Assembly: GCA_002633005.1 (NCBI GenBank)
Contig: NMRA01000454.1
Coordinates: forward strand, 141,123 to 200,136
Origin: Phoronis australis
Taxonomy: Eukaryota > Animalia > Phoronida
Length of the DNA stretch: 59,014 nucleotides
Reading direction: 5' to 3'
This document shows, piece by piece, positions 47,901 through 59,014 of the stretch (positions within the stretch are counted from its first letter, which is position 1; each line of letters begins with the position of its first letter). The position numbers were made by a program, and so were the translations under genes. The notes beneath the pieces are model-generated. The model worked only from the letters and a program-made list of their open reading frames with translations, ran no database searches and was not told the DNA's origin.

Positions 47901-50900
47901 GAGCCATGACGAACGTCGGGCTTGCGTCCATATCAAGACCGAACTCTCCTTCTTGAGAAACGAAGGCTATAATAGGGGAGAAGTTAGAGATTCTTATCAA
48001 GGTCATGTCTTGACGCAGACAAAAAAGGTGGTAAAAACTTACAAAAGATGTGAATAACACAAACAGGACTTGCGTTCTGTCAGACACAGGAAGGAAGGCA
48101 CGTCGAATCGCCTGCAAATTTCTGATTAGACGTTGCTGTCATGTTAATACGGGAGATAACTCCAGACCTTCGCAACAATTATAAGAAAACTGCCATTAGT
48201 CAAGGAAGAGCCCGTAATAAAGGTAGATGATATAACATTGCTTCACCTGAGACTACAGAACGAAAAAGAATTGCAAAAGGTTTAGGGAACTTAGTTGAGT
48301 TTCTAATTGTTTTATGGAACCGAGCACAGGCAGCTGCATGTATCAGTGCATAATACGCATAATACAGTTACATGTATGTACAGCTTAAAACAGTACGTAC
48401 AACTTCCAAAAGGCCTCGACATTTCCCACATTTCTTGAATTTGAGCTCGTCAGCTCATTGTGATTTAAGTTAAGACAGACAAGTAGTGCTAATGACCGGT
48501 AGGATTAAAATCGGGCTAACTTAATTCCAAAATATCCTAACTTCGTTTTATAAGATTTTTTAAGACCATGGCTTCTAAAAGGGTCTTTTAGTGGGAGGTT
48601 AAAACTCCCGAGTCACTACCAATGTCTGCATTCAATCGGCGGCAGTCATCACCTCCACCATAAATTGCCAAAACTAACGTCTGTGCTGGTTTCAAATCGT
48701 CATCTAACACTCCCTGATAACCATTTAACCTTGTTGGCTCATATAACTGCTGAGTCGGGCCATCAGACATTACGTCAACACCACGCCTTGTTTTTTTTTC
48801 GAAACGTTCCTGGCACAACGACAATACAGAGAAGCTGATTAAACTATAGTCAGTGACAAAAACAAAAATGTTGGTGATGCCGTGTCAAGCGTGTTACTAA
48901 AAGACAGTACCAACTGTTCAGTTTTGTACCTTGTTGCATTGGAGGGCAGTTAAGCTTTAAGACCAATCACTAATTGCCACGTAACGTACGTTAAAACACC
49001 TCCTTAGAATGCGACAGAAAGATTTAACGTGACTCCTATTTCTTCCAATTGATTCATAGGTTGAGGTTCTGCGGGTCATTTGACTCCGTCCCTTTACACT
49101 GGTTTGAGCAGACTACAAGGTACATGTAAAGGTGTGAACACCAGACTCCTACGATTTTCTTTGCTCAATGCTAAGCGATGCAGGCTCTGTTCTCTGTATC
49201 GAGGTTGTAAACACCGAAGAGGCATGCCTGTGAAGTGGGGACTTTCTCCCAAAGCAAGGATGAGCAAGTGATTCTGTCCTTGAGAATTTTTATTCACCGA
49301 AAGGGAACGTTTGATTCCAAAGAGGAAAATATTGCGTCATTTTTAATATACTTTTCAGAAGAGAATGAGGCAGATATTCGGTCCAAAACTTGAAATATGG
49401 AAGGCTCTCTGACAAGTGCAGAGGTGTTAAAACGTGAGACCCAACCAAACAACGAAATGAGACGGAATTAAAATGATATTTACTATAATTGAAAGACAGG
49501 AGACCCTTGGACCAGTGATGTGACTTGCTTAATGGTTTTAACGATAAGGATAGCATTTATTTACCCAAGCATTACCGGATTGCTTTCAATTTGTAATATG
49601 CGAGGTCTCAGAATTCTCTCGAATGCGAGCGCGAGATAAAACCAGAGGTACATAAATTTGCATTTGCATTTGCATTGTTGTACACTTGTTTTTGACGAGC
49701 GAACTCGCTTTTTGATATGACCTTTACGATTGCTGTTCTACGTTATTACGGTTCAAGCAGCGCATATTAACCACACCGTGTCCTATACATAAATTAAGCC
49801 CAAAAGAGTAGTATCAGTACAAGTAAACAACTACATTGTCGTTCTAACAGTCTACTGTGACTATAGGTAGTTACGTTTCTTCCAAGCAGGTTTCCAGCTA
49901 GTATTCTGGATTACAACATCTTTGAGCACGCTACCCAAAGAAAATGGTGAGACATTTCCTTTGATTTTATGTTCCAGCGACTTATATAAGAAAGGGGACA
50001 TACATATCGCAAACCTTTTTAAGTCGAATATAATTCTTAAAAGATTCCTGCCACAGCAGGACGTTCTGCTTACTGTGGAGACGATATAGTCCACTGACCC
50101 AGAAGGACCACTGGTCAAACTCATACTAAATCCGATTAGAGTTAAGAGTGGCATCTCGACCTTGATCTCTTGAGTGTAACTACATATGTAGTTCTTAGTT
50201 CAAAGACGAGTTTGAACAAATCTGTTTACGGGGTTCCAGGTGCGGTGAAACGGTCTGAGTTTCTAATAAATCGCAGAATCTAGATCACAATCTACAGCAA
50301 GCACTTCGGTAGGAGCGTAAACAGTGAGATGGACTTCTGCATTCGTGTTAGCATTGGTAATGCAAGGTTCTTGCATATTTCACCATGCAAGTGCGCAATG
50401 CTAGCGTCTCCAAAAGAACACGTTGGCAATCCAAAGTCTGGTACCTCCTTGATCGCGTACTCAAGCAGACTTATCATACCAAAAAGTATAGCTGGCCTCA
50501 ATAATTTTGTAAGACCGAGGTGGTGATGCAATTTTTTTAGTTTTCTCTTATTGAAAACAGAAATGCAGTCGAAGGCGAACAAAATGGCGTGGGGTGTTTT
50601 ACTCATTACTTGGCGATTCAGCGTTTCAAGCACCGCTTGCCCTTGCTTACGTGCCTTCCACCAACTTTTCAAAAGAACATAGGATCTTGGCTAAAATCGA
50701 TGCTAGTGGGTATGGCATTAGCATAGATCTCAAAATGAGTCAAAGTCAACACTAGGACCCACTGTGCGTTTTGGCTTCTCAGACTACACAGGTAGTCGGA
50801 GTACCTAATCGATTTAAGGATAATGCCACCCGATTTAATAAGTCTTTTCTAATGTCTTAATCGGCCTATATCCACACTACCGCCAAGAGGTGTCACGTTG

Positions 50901-50989
50901 AAATTTGAGGAATGTGAGTAAACAACCCAGCGACGTCAGTCATCTTCTGCAAACTGAGCTCCGCTATGATCTGGTGTATCGTTCCCGCT

Positions 50990-51397
50990 TGTGCGAAAAC
51001 CAACTGCGAGGAAAGTGGGTATATCCTTTTTCCAATTCCCTTGAGAGTCCAAAATGCTTTGGAAGTGGCTGGCGACAATGAAAAATGAAACATATCACGT
51101 GAATATTAAGTATGTGGCCTTGAAGCATCCCCGTATCTGTTATAAGCATTTCGTCGAATTTCGTGGCAGCAAACGCAATTTCCAGTTGTTTTCATTATCG
51201 TGCAGTTGGCACACTGACACCATGACAAATCATTCAATTAGTTTTTGGAACTATCCACATGTTGCATTGCCTGCACACGTTGAAGGCGCCTCCGTAGTAT
51301 TTTTTGATCAGTGTAATCCGGCTCGGACTAATAGCCAAACGATCCAACTGTGAAGTGTCCGTCGGTTGAATTCTCGTCTAAGTCACCATGTTGCCAT
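50990..51397 (-). pseudogene. Decayed P2X7-ballast/Nanor-like cysteine-rich accessory gene in copy 3
   Basis: GY*SEPDYTDQ, LNDLSWCQCANCTIMKTTGNCVCCHEI (51157-51237) and FWTLKGIGKRIYPLSS. Confidence 0.75.
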
Positions 51398-51496
51398 GTT
51401 TACGTTTATTATTGTGTGTTCTGTTTCAACCTCAATTATTCTCACCTTAACCAGTTCTTATGTAAATTACTAATAACAACAACGGTTTTAAAACGC

Positions 51497-51541
51497 CTTG
51501 ACATGTTTCCGTGTCTTTTATTTAAACACCATCATCAGAAG
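51497..51541 (-). ncRNA. Minimal type I hammerhead ribozyme motif with intact core
   Basis: CUU-CUGAUGA-UGGUGUUUAAAUAAAAGACACG-GAAA-CAU-GUC-AAG: stem I CUU/AAG, palindromic stem III ACAUGU, GUC cleavage triplet. Confidence 0.75.
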
Positions 51542-53047
51542 AAAGAACATACTGGCCACCTAGTTAGGCCAAACAGCATATGATGGAGCACAGACACAGT
51601 CTGTTACATGGATTGACAATAAACTAGACCAACAATGACAACCTGTGGTGTGCCAGTTGCCTATTGGAATTGAGTTTACACGAACTGATGAGTAGAGTCT
51701 CACGAATGAATTTTAAGATCCTTTGTTGTTTTTGCTCGGTCTATTAGAGCAAAATCACTGAAAGAGCATTGCTGATATCAATGGTTGGAGCTCTGCAGAT
51801 GAATATTTAAACGTGAAATTCTTTCAGAATGTATATGTTCCCTGGTCCTGGTTTCCAAATGGCGAACAGTTTCGCCTATATAACCGGAGCCACATCCAGC
51901 ACAGATAAATCTGTTTACTACTCTGGAACGTAGACTCATACGAGTTAAATAAATTCGACAGTTTTAAGAGACTTGAAAGTTATAACAACTCTTAAGTTAA
52001 CAGTAATAATTAACAAATTTGTAGAGTTTTCTTTGAGCAATCTTCGTGTAAAAGCCAACATAGGGTATTTAAAGTTAGTTTTGTCTGCAGGATGTATATC
52101 ATCAGGATTACGTTGCAGTCTTGCTTTAAGAACACTATTGACTAGTTCTAGGGGATATCCATTCTTTTGCAAATTCTTTAATGCGATATACCCTGTCTAT
52201 TAGAGTTTTAATGGGACCTATGATGTGAAGCTATGAATGCAAGTGTACAGTCCTGTGTAGGTCTTGTTATGAAATATTGATGTACTGAGGTATCTTCACG
52301 CTCCACTAACACGTACAGAAATGGAAAAATGTTGTCAACCTCTAATTCTATACTGAATTTTAAGTTAGGATGCCTTGATTTTAAATACACTAAAACTTCC
52401 TGGGCTGACTATTGGATTTCAAATATACAAAACACATCATCTGCATATCGGCTAAAGAAATAGACATCCTGTAGCCAAAACTAACTTCAAGAGCTTTAAA
52501 GTACCATATGTTGATTTTTTACCAATATTGCTCAAAGAAAACTCAACAAACTGGTGAATGGTTACTGTGCTAACTTAAGAATTGTATTTAAATTCGAGTC
52601 TCTAAAACTGTTGAATTTATTTAACCTTGAGCACAAAAGTCCTATGGGTCTACGGTCTAGGGTAGTGTACAAATTTATCTGTTTTGGATGTGGCTCCAGT
52701 TATACATGTATAGGCGACACTGTTCGCCATTTGAAAACCACGACAAGGGAACCTCTAGAATCTGACAGAGGTTCACATATAAATATTCGTCTATAGAAAT
52801 CTAATCATTGTTACCGGCAATGGTCTTTCAATGACTTAGCTATAACAGACCAAGCAGAAACAACAAAGGAGCTTAAAATTCATTCGTGAGACTCTACACA
52901 TCAGTTGGTGTAAGCCCAACCTCAATAGCCATTCGGCTCATCACAGGTTGTCAATGTTGGTCTAGTTTATTGTCACTCCATGTAAATGTCTGTGTCTGTG
53001 TTTCATCACTTGTTGTTGGGCCTAGCTAGGTGGCCACTATGGTCTCT

Positions 53048-53089
53048 CTTCTGATAATGTTTAAATAAACGACATCGAAACATGTCAAG
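53048..53089 (+). ncRNA. Second hammerhead motif, core mutated (CUGAUAA)
   Basis: CUU-CUGAUAA-UGUUUAAAUAAACGACAUC-GAAA-CAU-GUC-AAG; mirror copy of 51497-51541. Confidence 0.6.
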
Positions 53090-54094
53090 CCCTTTTAAAA
53101 CCGTTGTTTTAAATAATATATGTTTCTACTTGCTATCGTGGAGTTCTGATATAAAACTGAAACAAAGTATCAAAGACTGTTGCATTAGGTACAATTTAGA
53201 ATGCCTTTGGAGTGTTCGTGATTCCAATTGTTTTGAGAAGCCAACAATGAATAAATCACTACGCTACCGGCTATAGATGCAATAAAGCTTATTGACCGAG
53301 AACCGACGCGTTTTAGCGCATGCTAATTCCGTGTTTGCTGACAGAAAGCTGTTGTGAAACAACAACAATGCGCTATGGGGGAATCCTTATTTAGTTATAC
53401 ATCAATTCATTTTTATTACACAACTTTTGCCCCGTCGGTTCTGTAAATGGGGAACCTCAGTGACTTCACGGCCCCCGACGAGTAATTATATTCACAGATT
53501 CGCAGCTAGTTCACAAAAATAATCACGCTCACTAATACAGAGTTTTCCTGACGCAAAGCTATGTTATTCTGTCTGTAATTTACGGAAGAATAATTTGCAT
53601 TTATCACCGAAAACTCACGCGACCGACCTTGGGAAATTGGCTTTTAATACATTGTAGGCTACGATATGTTCAATTGAATATACCTAAACATCAGTAACAG
53701 TGAACGTTTGTTCAGGAACTTGATGTATTTGTAAGGGTTTTAGATTGGATTTCAATGATTGTCTTGGCGTAAAACAATAAATTAAAACCAAAAGCTGACC
53801 ACAATACGCGTGTTGTGACAATCTAAACTGACTGCGTTCGACCCTCTAACGTCACTGGTGAATTTCAACACCGCAGTCTACCCTCAGGTGTCAGGTAAAG
53901 GAACGTAATTTGGTGTTGCCGAGTGGAATTACTCGATCTAAATTAATAGAAAACAGGTTCGTTTTTTGGGTGGCACTCTCCTTTAATTTGATAGTATTGT
54001 AAAGGCGTCCTAAGGATACAATCTTTGTTGTACGTGATGTACACGGTGAGTGCGTACCAATCCTCTGGGTTTTTCACTTTTGTGTCCTTCCCAG

Positions 54095-54352
54095 ACGGTG
54101 CACAACTAGCTGCTGCTACTATCACCCGTTTGGTTGGGAGTGAAACAACAATTGACGTAAGTTGGACTGCAGCAACGGGACCTAAAGACAAATACAACGT
54201 CTCGTGCGGCACCCATCACTTCATTGTGGACAAGACTGCTAATAACAAACGTTGCACTGGCTTGACTCCTGGAACTGAGTACGACGTTACCATCAGAACA
54301 GTCAAGGCAGGATGGGCTGACGGAATTTCAACACCGAAGAAAGCTAAAACTA
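54095..54352 (+). CDS. Fibronectin type III domain exon (phase 1-1) of an extracellular or receptor protein
   Basis: TTIDVSWTAATGPKDKYNVSC...CTGLTPGTEYDVTIRTVK; CCCAG acceptor, GTGAGT donor, 258 nt. Confidence 0.9.
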
Positions 54353-56898
54353 GTGAGTTTTTGTTGTCATTTGTCCTTTACCGTATTGCTCGTTGCGGAC
54401 GATACTGCTTAATGAAAAAGAAGCATTGAAATTACTTCCACTGTCAATTTCTTGCGAAATAAACTGCTTCAGTGTCTGTGTGGTAATCTAAGCCCTGACG
54501 ACCTCAGACTCCGTCGACCCACAACCCTAAAATTCCAACTCTGGCACGTGGCTATTGCGTCCTGTTCACTAAGAAAAGACGTTAAAAAGGCTACTCACTT
54601 TGGCCGCCGCCATTATTGTTGCATGGATTGTGTCGACACTTGGCTGGTGTGTGCGCGCCGACAAAGTACTCTCCCATCCTGCATCCGTCTGTGCTGAGCT
54701 GATTTGCCTTAATCTTTGCGTGTTTTTTCGTTCTTTTATACTTGTATCATTTATCTTTTATACATGCTTCTCTTTTGACTGATGACATTTTCTATTAATG
54801 CATATAACAAAAAACGAAACCTTAATTCATCCAAAATAGTTCGGGACTAAGTCCTTAAATTAGCGGCGTTGCAAGAAATGATCCCTACTTTTTTGAGAAA
54901 TATTGAGAATTCAACGTAAAACACTAACAAATATGGACTAGTTTTAGGAAACACAGTGGAGTTGCTATTTTAGACGGATTCACCGGACTCCCAAAAACCG
55001 TGTCTGATGGCATCTGAAATGGTTAGCGAATTCGGGTAAGTTGCAAGGAATGAAACTGGAGGCAGAGAGGTAGGGGCTGGAAAACCCGCAAGATATGTAA
55101 TTCATGCCTACTGTCCAGTACTGCCTTGTACGCACCCATAAAACAGCCAAGATGCATGTTGAATACAAAGTACATTTAGAGTTGTGGTTCACGACGCTTT
55201 CCAGCTCTTGTAAACCGTTGAATGTTTTAAATCATTTGTCAGCAATTAGTTAAAGGCATATTCAAACAATATATTGGCAGGTAAAAGTGGCCATCATCAA
55301 AGTAAATAATATAAAGACGCCGTATTTCCAGACTTGATGTTTTAAAACCCGTGTCAAAACAAATATTTAAGCAAAATATATCGGGTTTTCCAAGGTAATA
55401 CATCTATTATCAAAGTACCCACCGATGGAGAGCTCAATAGGTCTTTGAAAGAACACTTTCTTCAACACTTACTATTGCAAATTACCAAGCATGTTGGTCT
55501 CTGTACACTTTGAAATAAATTAACCTAGTTTTAATGAGCGTGTATCGAAAGTTGAATGTCACCACTAAGAAGTAATTTTCGCAACGAGTTTTGAATAACA
55601 CGATCAGTAACTTTTCTTCCCATGCTGTCTTTGGATCGTGACAGTAACGACTTCGGTTCGGTTGGCCGCTTCCCAATTAATTCAACACACTTTGCATTTG
55701 GAAAACTCGCCTATTTTGTGTTTTAACTGTACAGCCGTGGCATTAGTTTTTCGGCATGTTCACAAACGCATAGTAACTGTGCATTCAAATTACTTTCGCC
55801 TTTCGATACGAATATGTTAAATACGCCCTACTTAGGACGGTTTAAAAGGATAACCAGCCAAGGTGATGCATTTAGTGCCTACAATGTACATGCAACTGTG
55901 GATAATAAGCGTATCTGCAGTTGCATTGTTTTTTAACGTTTGATGTTTCAAATGCCTACAGGAGTCTCAGTGCTGTAGGCATGGCTTAATATGCGCCTTA
56001 CGAACATTTTATCCCCGTGTCTGTAATACAGAAATTGTCACGGACGTCAAGCAGTTGCATAATAAGTTTAATTGAAAACGTCAGGTGTGATTTGATTGTA
56101 CACACATTTGTATTTGATAAAGCTGTAAAGTAGAAAATAAATCCGAAACTAAAAGAGGCCTTCCAGATCCTCTAAAGAATACACTATTGTTCCAAAAATT
56201 AAACAAAAATGGATCAGAAAGATGTTTCTGTTCAAATAAAGAAACTCCAATACCCCGAAACCCCTCACAGACTCAAATGAGAACGATTTTGAATCAATAC
56301 GCCTAACACACTTAATCATATTGGAATGAAGATAAAGACTTTTTTAAATTATATCATTTAGTTTTTTCCGCAACAATGCGTCACGTTCATTACACCATAT
56401 ATCAGATACCAATTGTCATAAAGTGTTTGATTTTACTTTATTTAGGTTTTTGTTGAAGAAGGATGTTATTGTATCCAAACAATTCAGTGATCCTTTTTTG
56501 TTGTTTTACTTACGTGTATTTAAAAAATGCCAAACCTGTTAAGGCTTTCCCTAACGCCTGCCGATTGACCATCGCAGTACTTATTTTGCAACTGGGCCTT
56601 TGAAAGTTTGCATACATGTATATGTTACCTCTTCAAAAGGTAAACAAAAATTAAAGCTGAAACAATGTAGGTAAATTTAGTATCAACCACGGCGATTGAA
56701 ACTATAAGAATTTGAAGAAAACGACACCTTTTATTTAATTTTCTATCAAGAAATGTGAAATCGGGCTCTGTTGGAATACTTATTAACTTACCACTGTCAA
56801 CCAATCGCCCCATCACGAACAAAATTTGTTCATGTGTCCTAGACCTGAATACTGTATGCGTTTCTGTTTGGTGTGATGATCCACTGATTTATTATAAA

Positions 56899-57595
56899 GA
56901 GTCACTGCATGAGAACGTCAGGCAATTTGCAATATTATGGGAACATGGCATGTCACGAATTTTAAATTTGATATAGTACATATATGTCACTTGGGGTATA
57001 CTAGCTAAAAATATAAAAAGTAGTGTTGTCTTTCGTAAATATGTAACAAATAACTAAATCGGGTGAAAAAATACCTGTAACCCCTTGTGCGCGATTGTTG
57101 AAAATGCTCTATGTTTCCATGGGAATTAAACCAGTTTGCTGGCGTTTAAAAATAAAAAAGTGATTGAGTTATACACAACTATCCTTTTTGTGATGGAGAA
57201 CGCCAAAAATAAATCAGAATGACGTATTATGATATTTTTTTAAAAAACTTTTGAATGCCGTGCCTCCACAGCCCAAAAACATCTACTAATTGAGACTTAT
57301 ATAGAGGTCTTTGTAGGTCAAGTGCTCAAAAACTGCACATGGGTTCTGTGATAGCTACAGGTCTCGAAGGCACTTTCACCGCTTTCACCTGATTCATACT
57401 GCCACCATCAAGGGGCGGCAAAGCAGAATATATGAAAAATATGATCCAAATTGGAAGTAAATTGTAATAAAAAATCACGATAAATTTTAATCAAGATTAC
57501 CAGAATTGGTTCGAGCGTTCTTTTAGCGAAATATTGCGTTATTGACATTTAGCTAAGAAACGGAATGAGGTTCACGAAAATAGGTCACGCTCTGA
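56899..57595. mobile_element. Kolobok-like family C copy 2 (right terminus truncated or diverged)
   Basis: Collinear with 17516-18370 from GAGTCACTGCATGAGAACG to TAGGTCACGCTCTGA, with an internal deletion. Confidence 0.85.
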
Positions 57596-58020
57596 AGCAA
57601 AGTTAAACAGCCAGCGAGCTACTGTGTTACTTATAACAGAGATATTGTCAAATACCTGAAAAGTGTCAACACACTAGATCACTTGGAAGAATGGGAGTTG
57701 ATTGGCAAACTGGGAGTGTGAGAGACAAAGGAACTGGCCAGCCGGTCAGAACAAAAGATCATATGTCCAAGGCACCGTATGTCGCAGTATCCAGGTTGTA
57801 AGCCAAGATGTACGTTTGCAGCCTCAGAAATGCAAAGGATGTTCACCACTCAATCCCAGGACTACGTCTGCTTGATAACTTTTCATTTGAAGGTGAGCTA
57901 CATAACAATCCAGAGTATGGGCTGTATACAATTAGATAGACTGTTTTGTCTTAGAAATCTCGTCGTACCATCTGACAACCAGTTTCACATGTGTATGTGG
58001 TCTAAAACAAAAGTTAAATA

Positions 58021-59014
58021 TGTGATGGAATGGAATATTCTTTCATATTATCTTGATTTTTAAAAAGGACTTGTGCTCTAATGCTTACAGCCATGTTACT
58101 TATTTCAACAGGAAAAGTGGTTGTTTGGAAATCATTTGGCATGGGAGATGGGTCGGTTTTGGGGAATCCTGCTTCTAATTGCAAACCAGTGGACTTAGCG
58201 GAACTAGTGGTTGAAGAATATTTTGCTGCAACTCATTGGGACCTTTCATTAGCTTCAGCAATCGAAATACAAAGATATTCCCTTGTCCAAAAGATGGTTG
58301 TAACAACACTTTTGGCTCTCAAAACGAATTCAAGCAGCAAGTTAGCTTGGGCTGGTGTAGTATAGCCGATGATTTGGATAAAATCTGATTTATTTCTGAG
58401 AGCAGACTAAAACAATACCACGCCAAAATGGCTGCTCACTGAAGACTCCCAAAGTGAGGCTGTCCACTCCAATACTAAAACTGCTCAATAGATGTCACTG
58501 CAAGACAGTACATCACACCCCTCCCCATCCCGTTGAAGTATGCCACGTTAGTAACGTCCATTTTAAGTATAGCAATTAATGTCTCTTCAACAAAAGTCTG
58601 ACTAGTATCTGATTAAAATGTCAACGAACTGGTTAACTACTCCAACTCCTTAGTGTCTACAAGTTCAGTTTATCAACAGGCTTCCGTACTCGCACGGAAC
58701 GCCGGAGAGGGGGGGCCTCAGGGCTAGCACTCTCCACAGCGCCGTTTGTTTCAGCAACTACAGCCCCTGACCGGGTCACCTCTGCAACCGGGCCTATTTC
58801 GGAAGACGCTACTGAGCTTGGGGTCTGCTGCGGTTCAACACCAACATCCACGCGCGCCGACACCTCATGCTCCGAGGGCACACCTTTAAACATCTGGTCG
58901 TGATGGCGTCTGAACACTCAGCCATCCTGACAGCGAATCCTACATGACACCGGGCCAGTAATATCTTCCACGGTGCCTAACAGATTGGGCGGCCCATACT
59001 GAGAGTAATTTCTA
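58021..59014 (-). mobile_element. 3' end of a second Ty3/Gypsy (Mag-like) element: LTR 58021-58517, PPT 58518-58531, integrase C-terminus 58657-59014
   Basis: TGTGATG...CATCACA LTR termini; PPT GGGATGGGGAGGGG; GPVSCRI, RRHHDQM and LRRSVRVRKPVDKLNL*; runs off the window. Confidence 0.88.

Larger units (their letters stand above)
51477..53110. mobile_element. Penelope-like element with two 3' arms in inverted orientation
   Basis: Minus arm (~51477-52470): RYADDVFCIF, HPNLKFSIELE...PFL, RFICAGCGSGYIGETVRHL. Plus arm (~52480-53110): VVYKFICFGCGSSYTCIGDTVRHL. The 3' UTRs are reverse complements. Confidence 0.9.
50817..53982. mobile_element. Kolobok-like family A copy 3 (diverged), with nested Penelope-like insertion
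   Basis: TTTA|AGGATAATGCCACCCGATTTAAT...GGGTGGCACTCTCCT|TTAA; interior collinear with copy 2. Confidence 0.88.

Noticed and set aside
50292-50672. 126-aa ORF with a CSF...IAHL...C segment resembling a LINE zinc knuckle
   Set aside because: Motif incomplete and no neighbouring RT motifs
55254-55829. Further possible TTAA|AGG-starting element (similar starts at ~15048 and ~15956)
   Set aside because: No convincing matching right TIR with TTAA was found

Overview
Repeat-rich genomic DNA from an invertebrate animal (the rRNA is metazoan, probably lophotrochozoan). It is a scaffold with one 575-N gap (4270-4844) and three single-N joins (22667, 30122, 33966). Host coding content is sparse: a spliced gene with two Mucin2_WxxW/CILP-type domains (exons 2000-2085, 2562-2787, 14944-15020, 16434-16658) and one isolated fibronectin type III exon (54095-54352). 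The 12-kb WxxW intron holds a four-level nest: Penelope-like element > TTAA-flanked Kolobok-like element > Mag-type Ty3/Gypsy element > solo LTR. The centre (18.4-32.8 kb) is a patchwork of rDNA pieces: a mutated 28S 3' end, a short spacer, a full-length 18S with partial ITS1, and a decayed 18S-ITS1-5.8S-ITS2 copy ending in a ~677-bp tandem repeat. The most unusual observations are: (i) three TTAA-targeting Kolobok-like families coincide with the rDNA pieces, including a clean insertion into 18S whose empty site is in the same window; (ii) one family carries a decayed gene for a P2X7-ballast/Nanor-like cysteine-rich domain; (iii) Penelope-like 3' ends carry minimal hammerhead ribozyme motifs; (iv) a LINE ORF2 starts with a 2A/StopGo-like peptide with a single NPGP>NSGP change. 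All calls were made by eye with no database searches, and boundaries of decayed elements are approximate.
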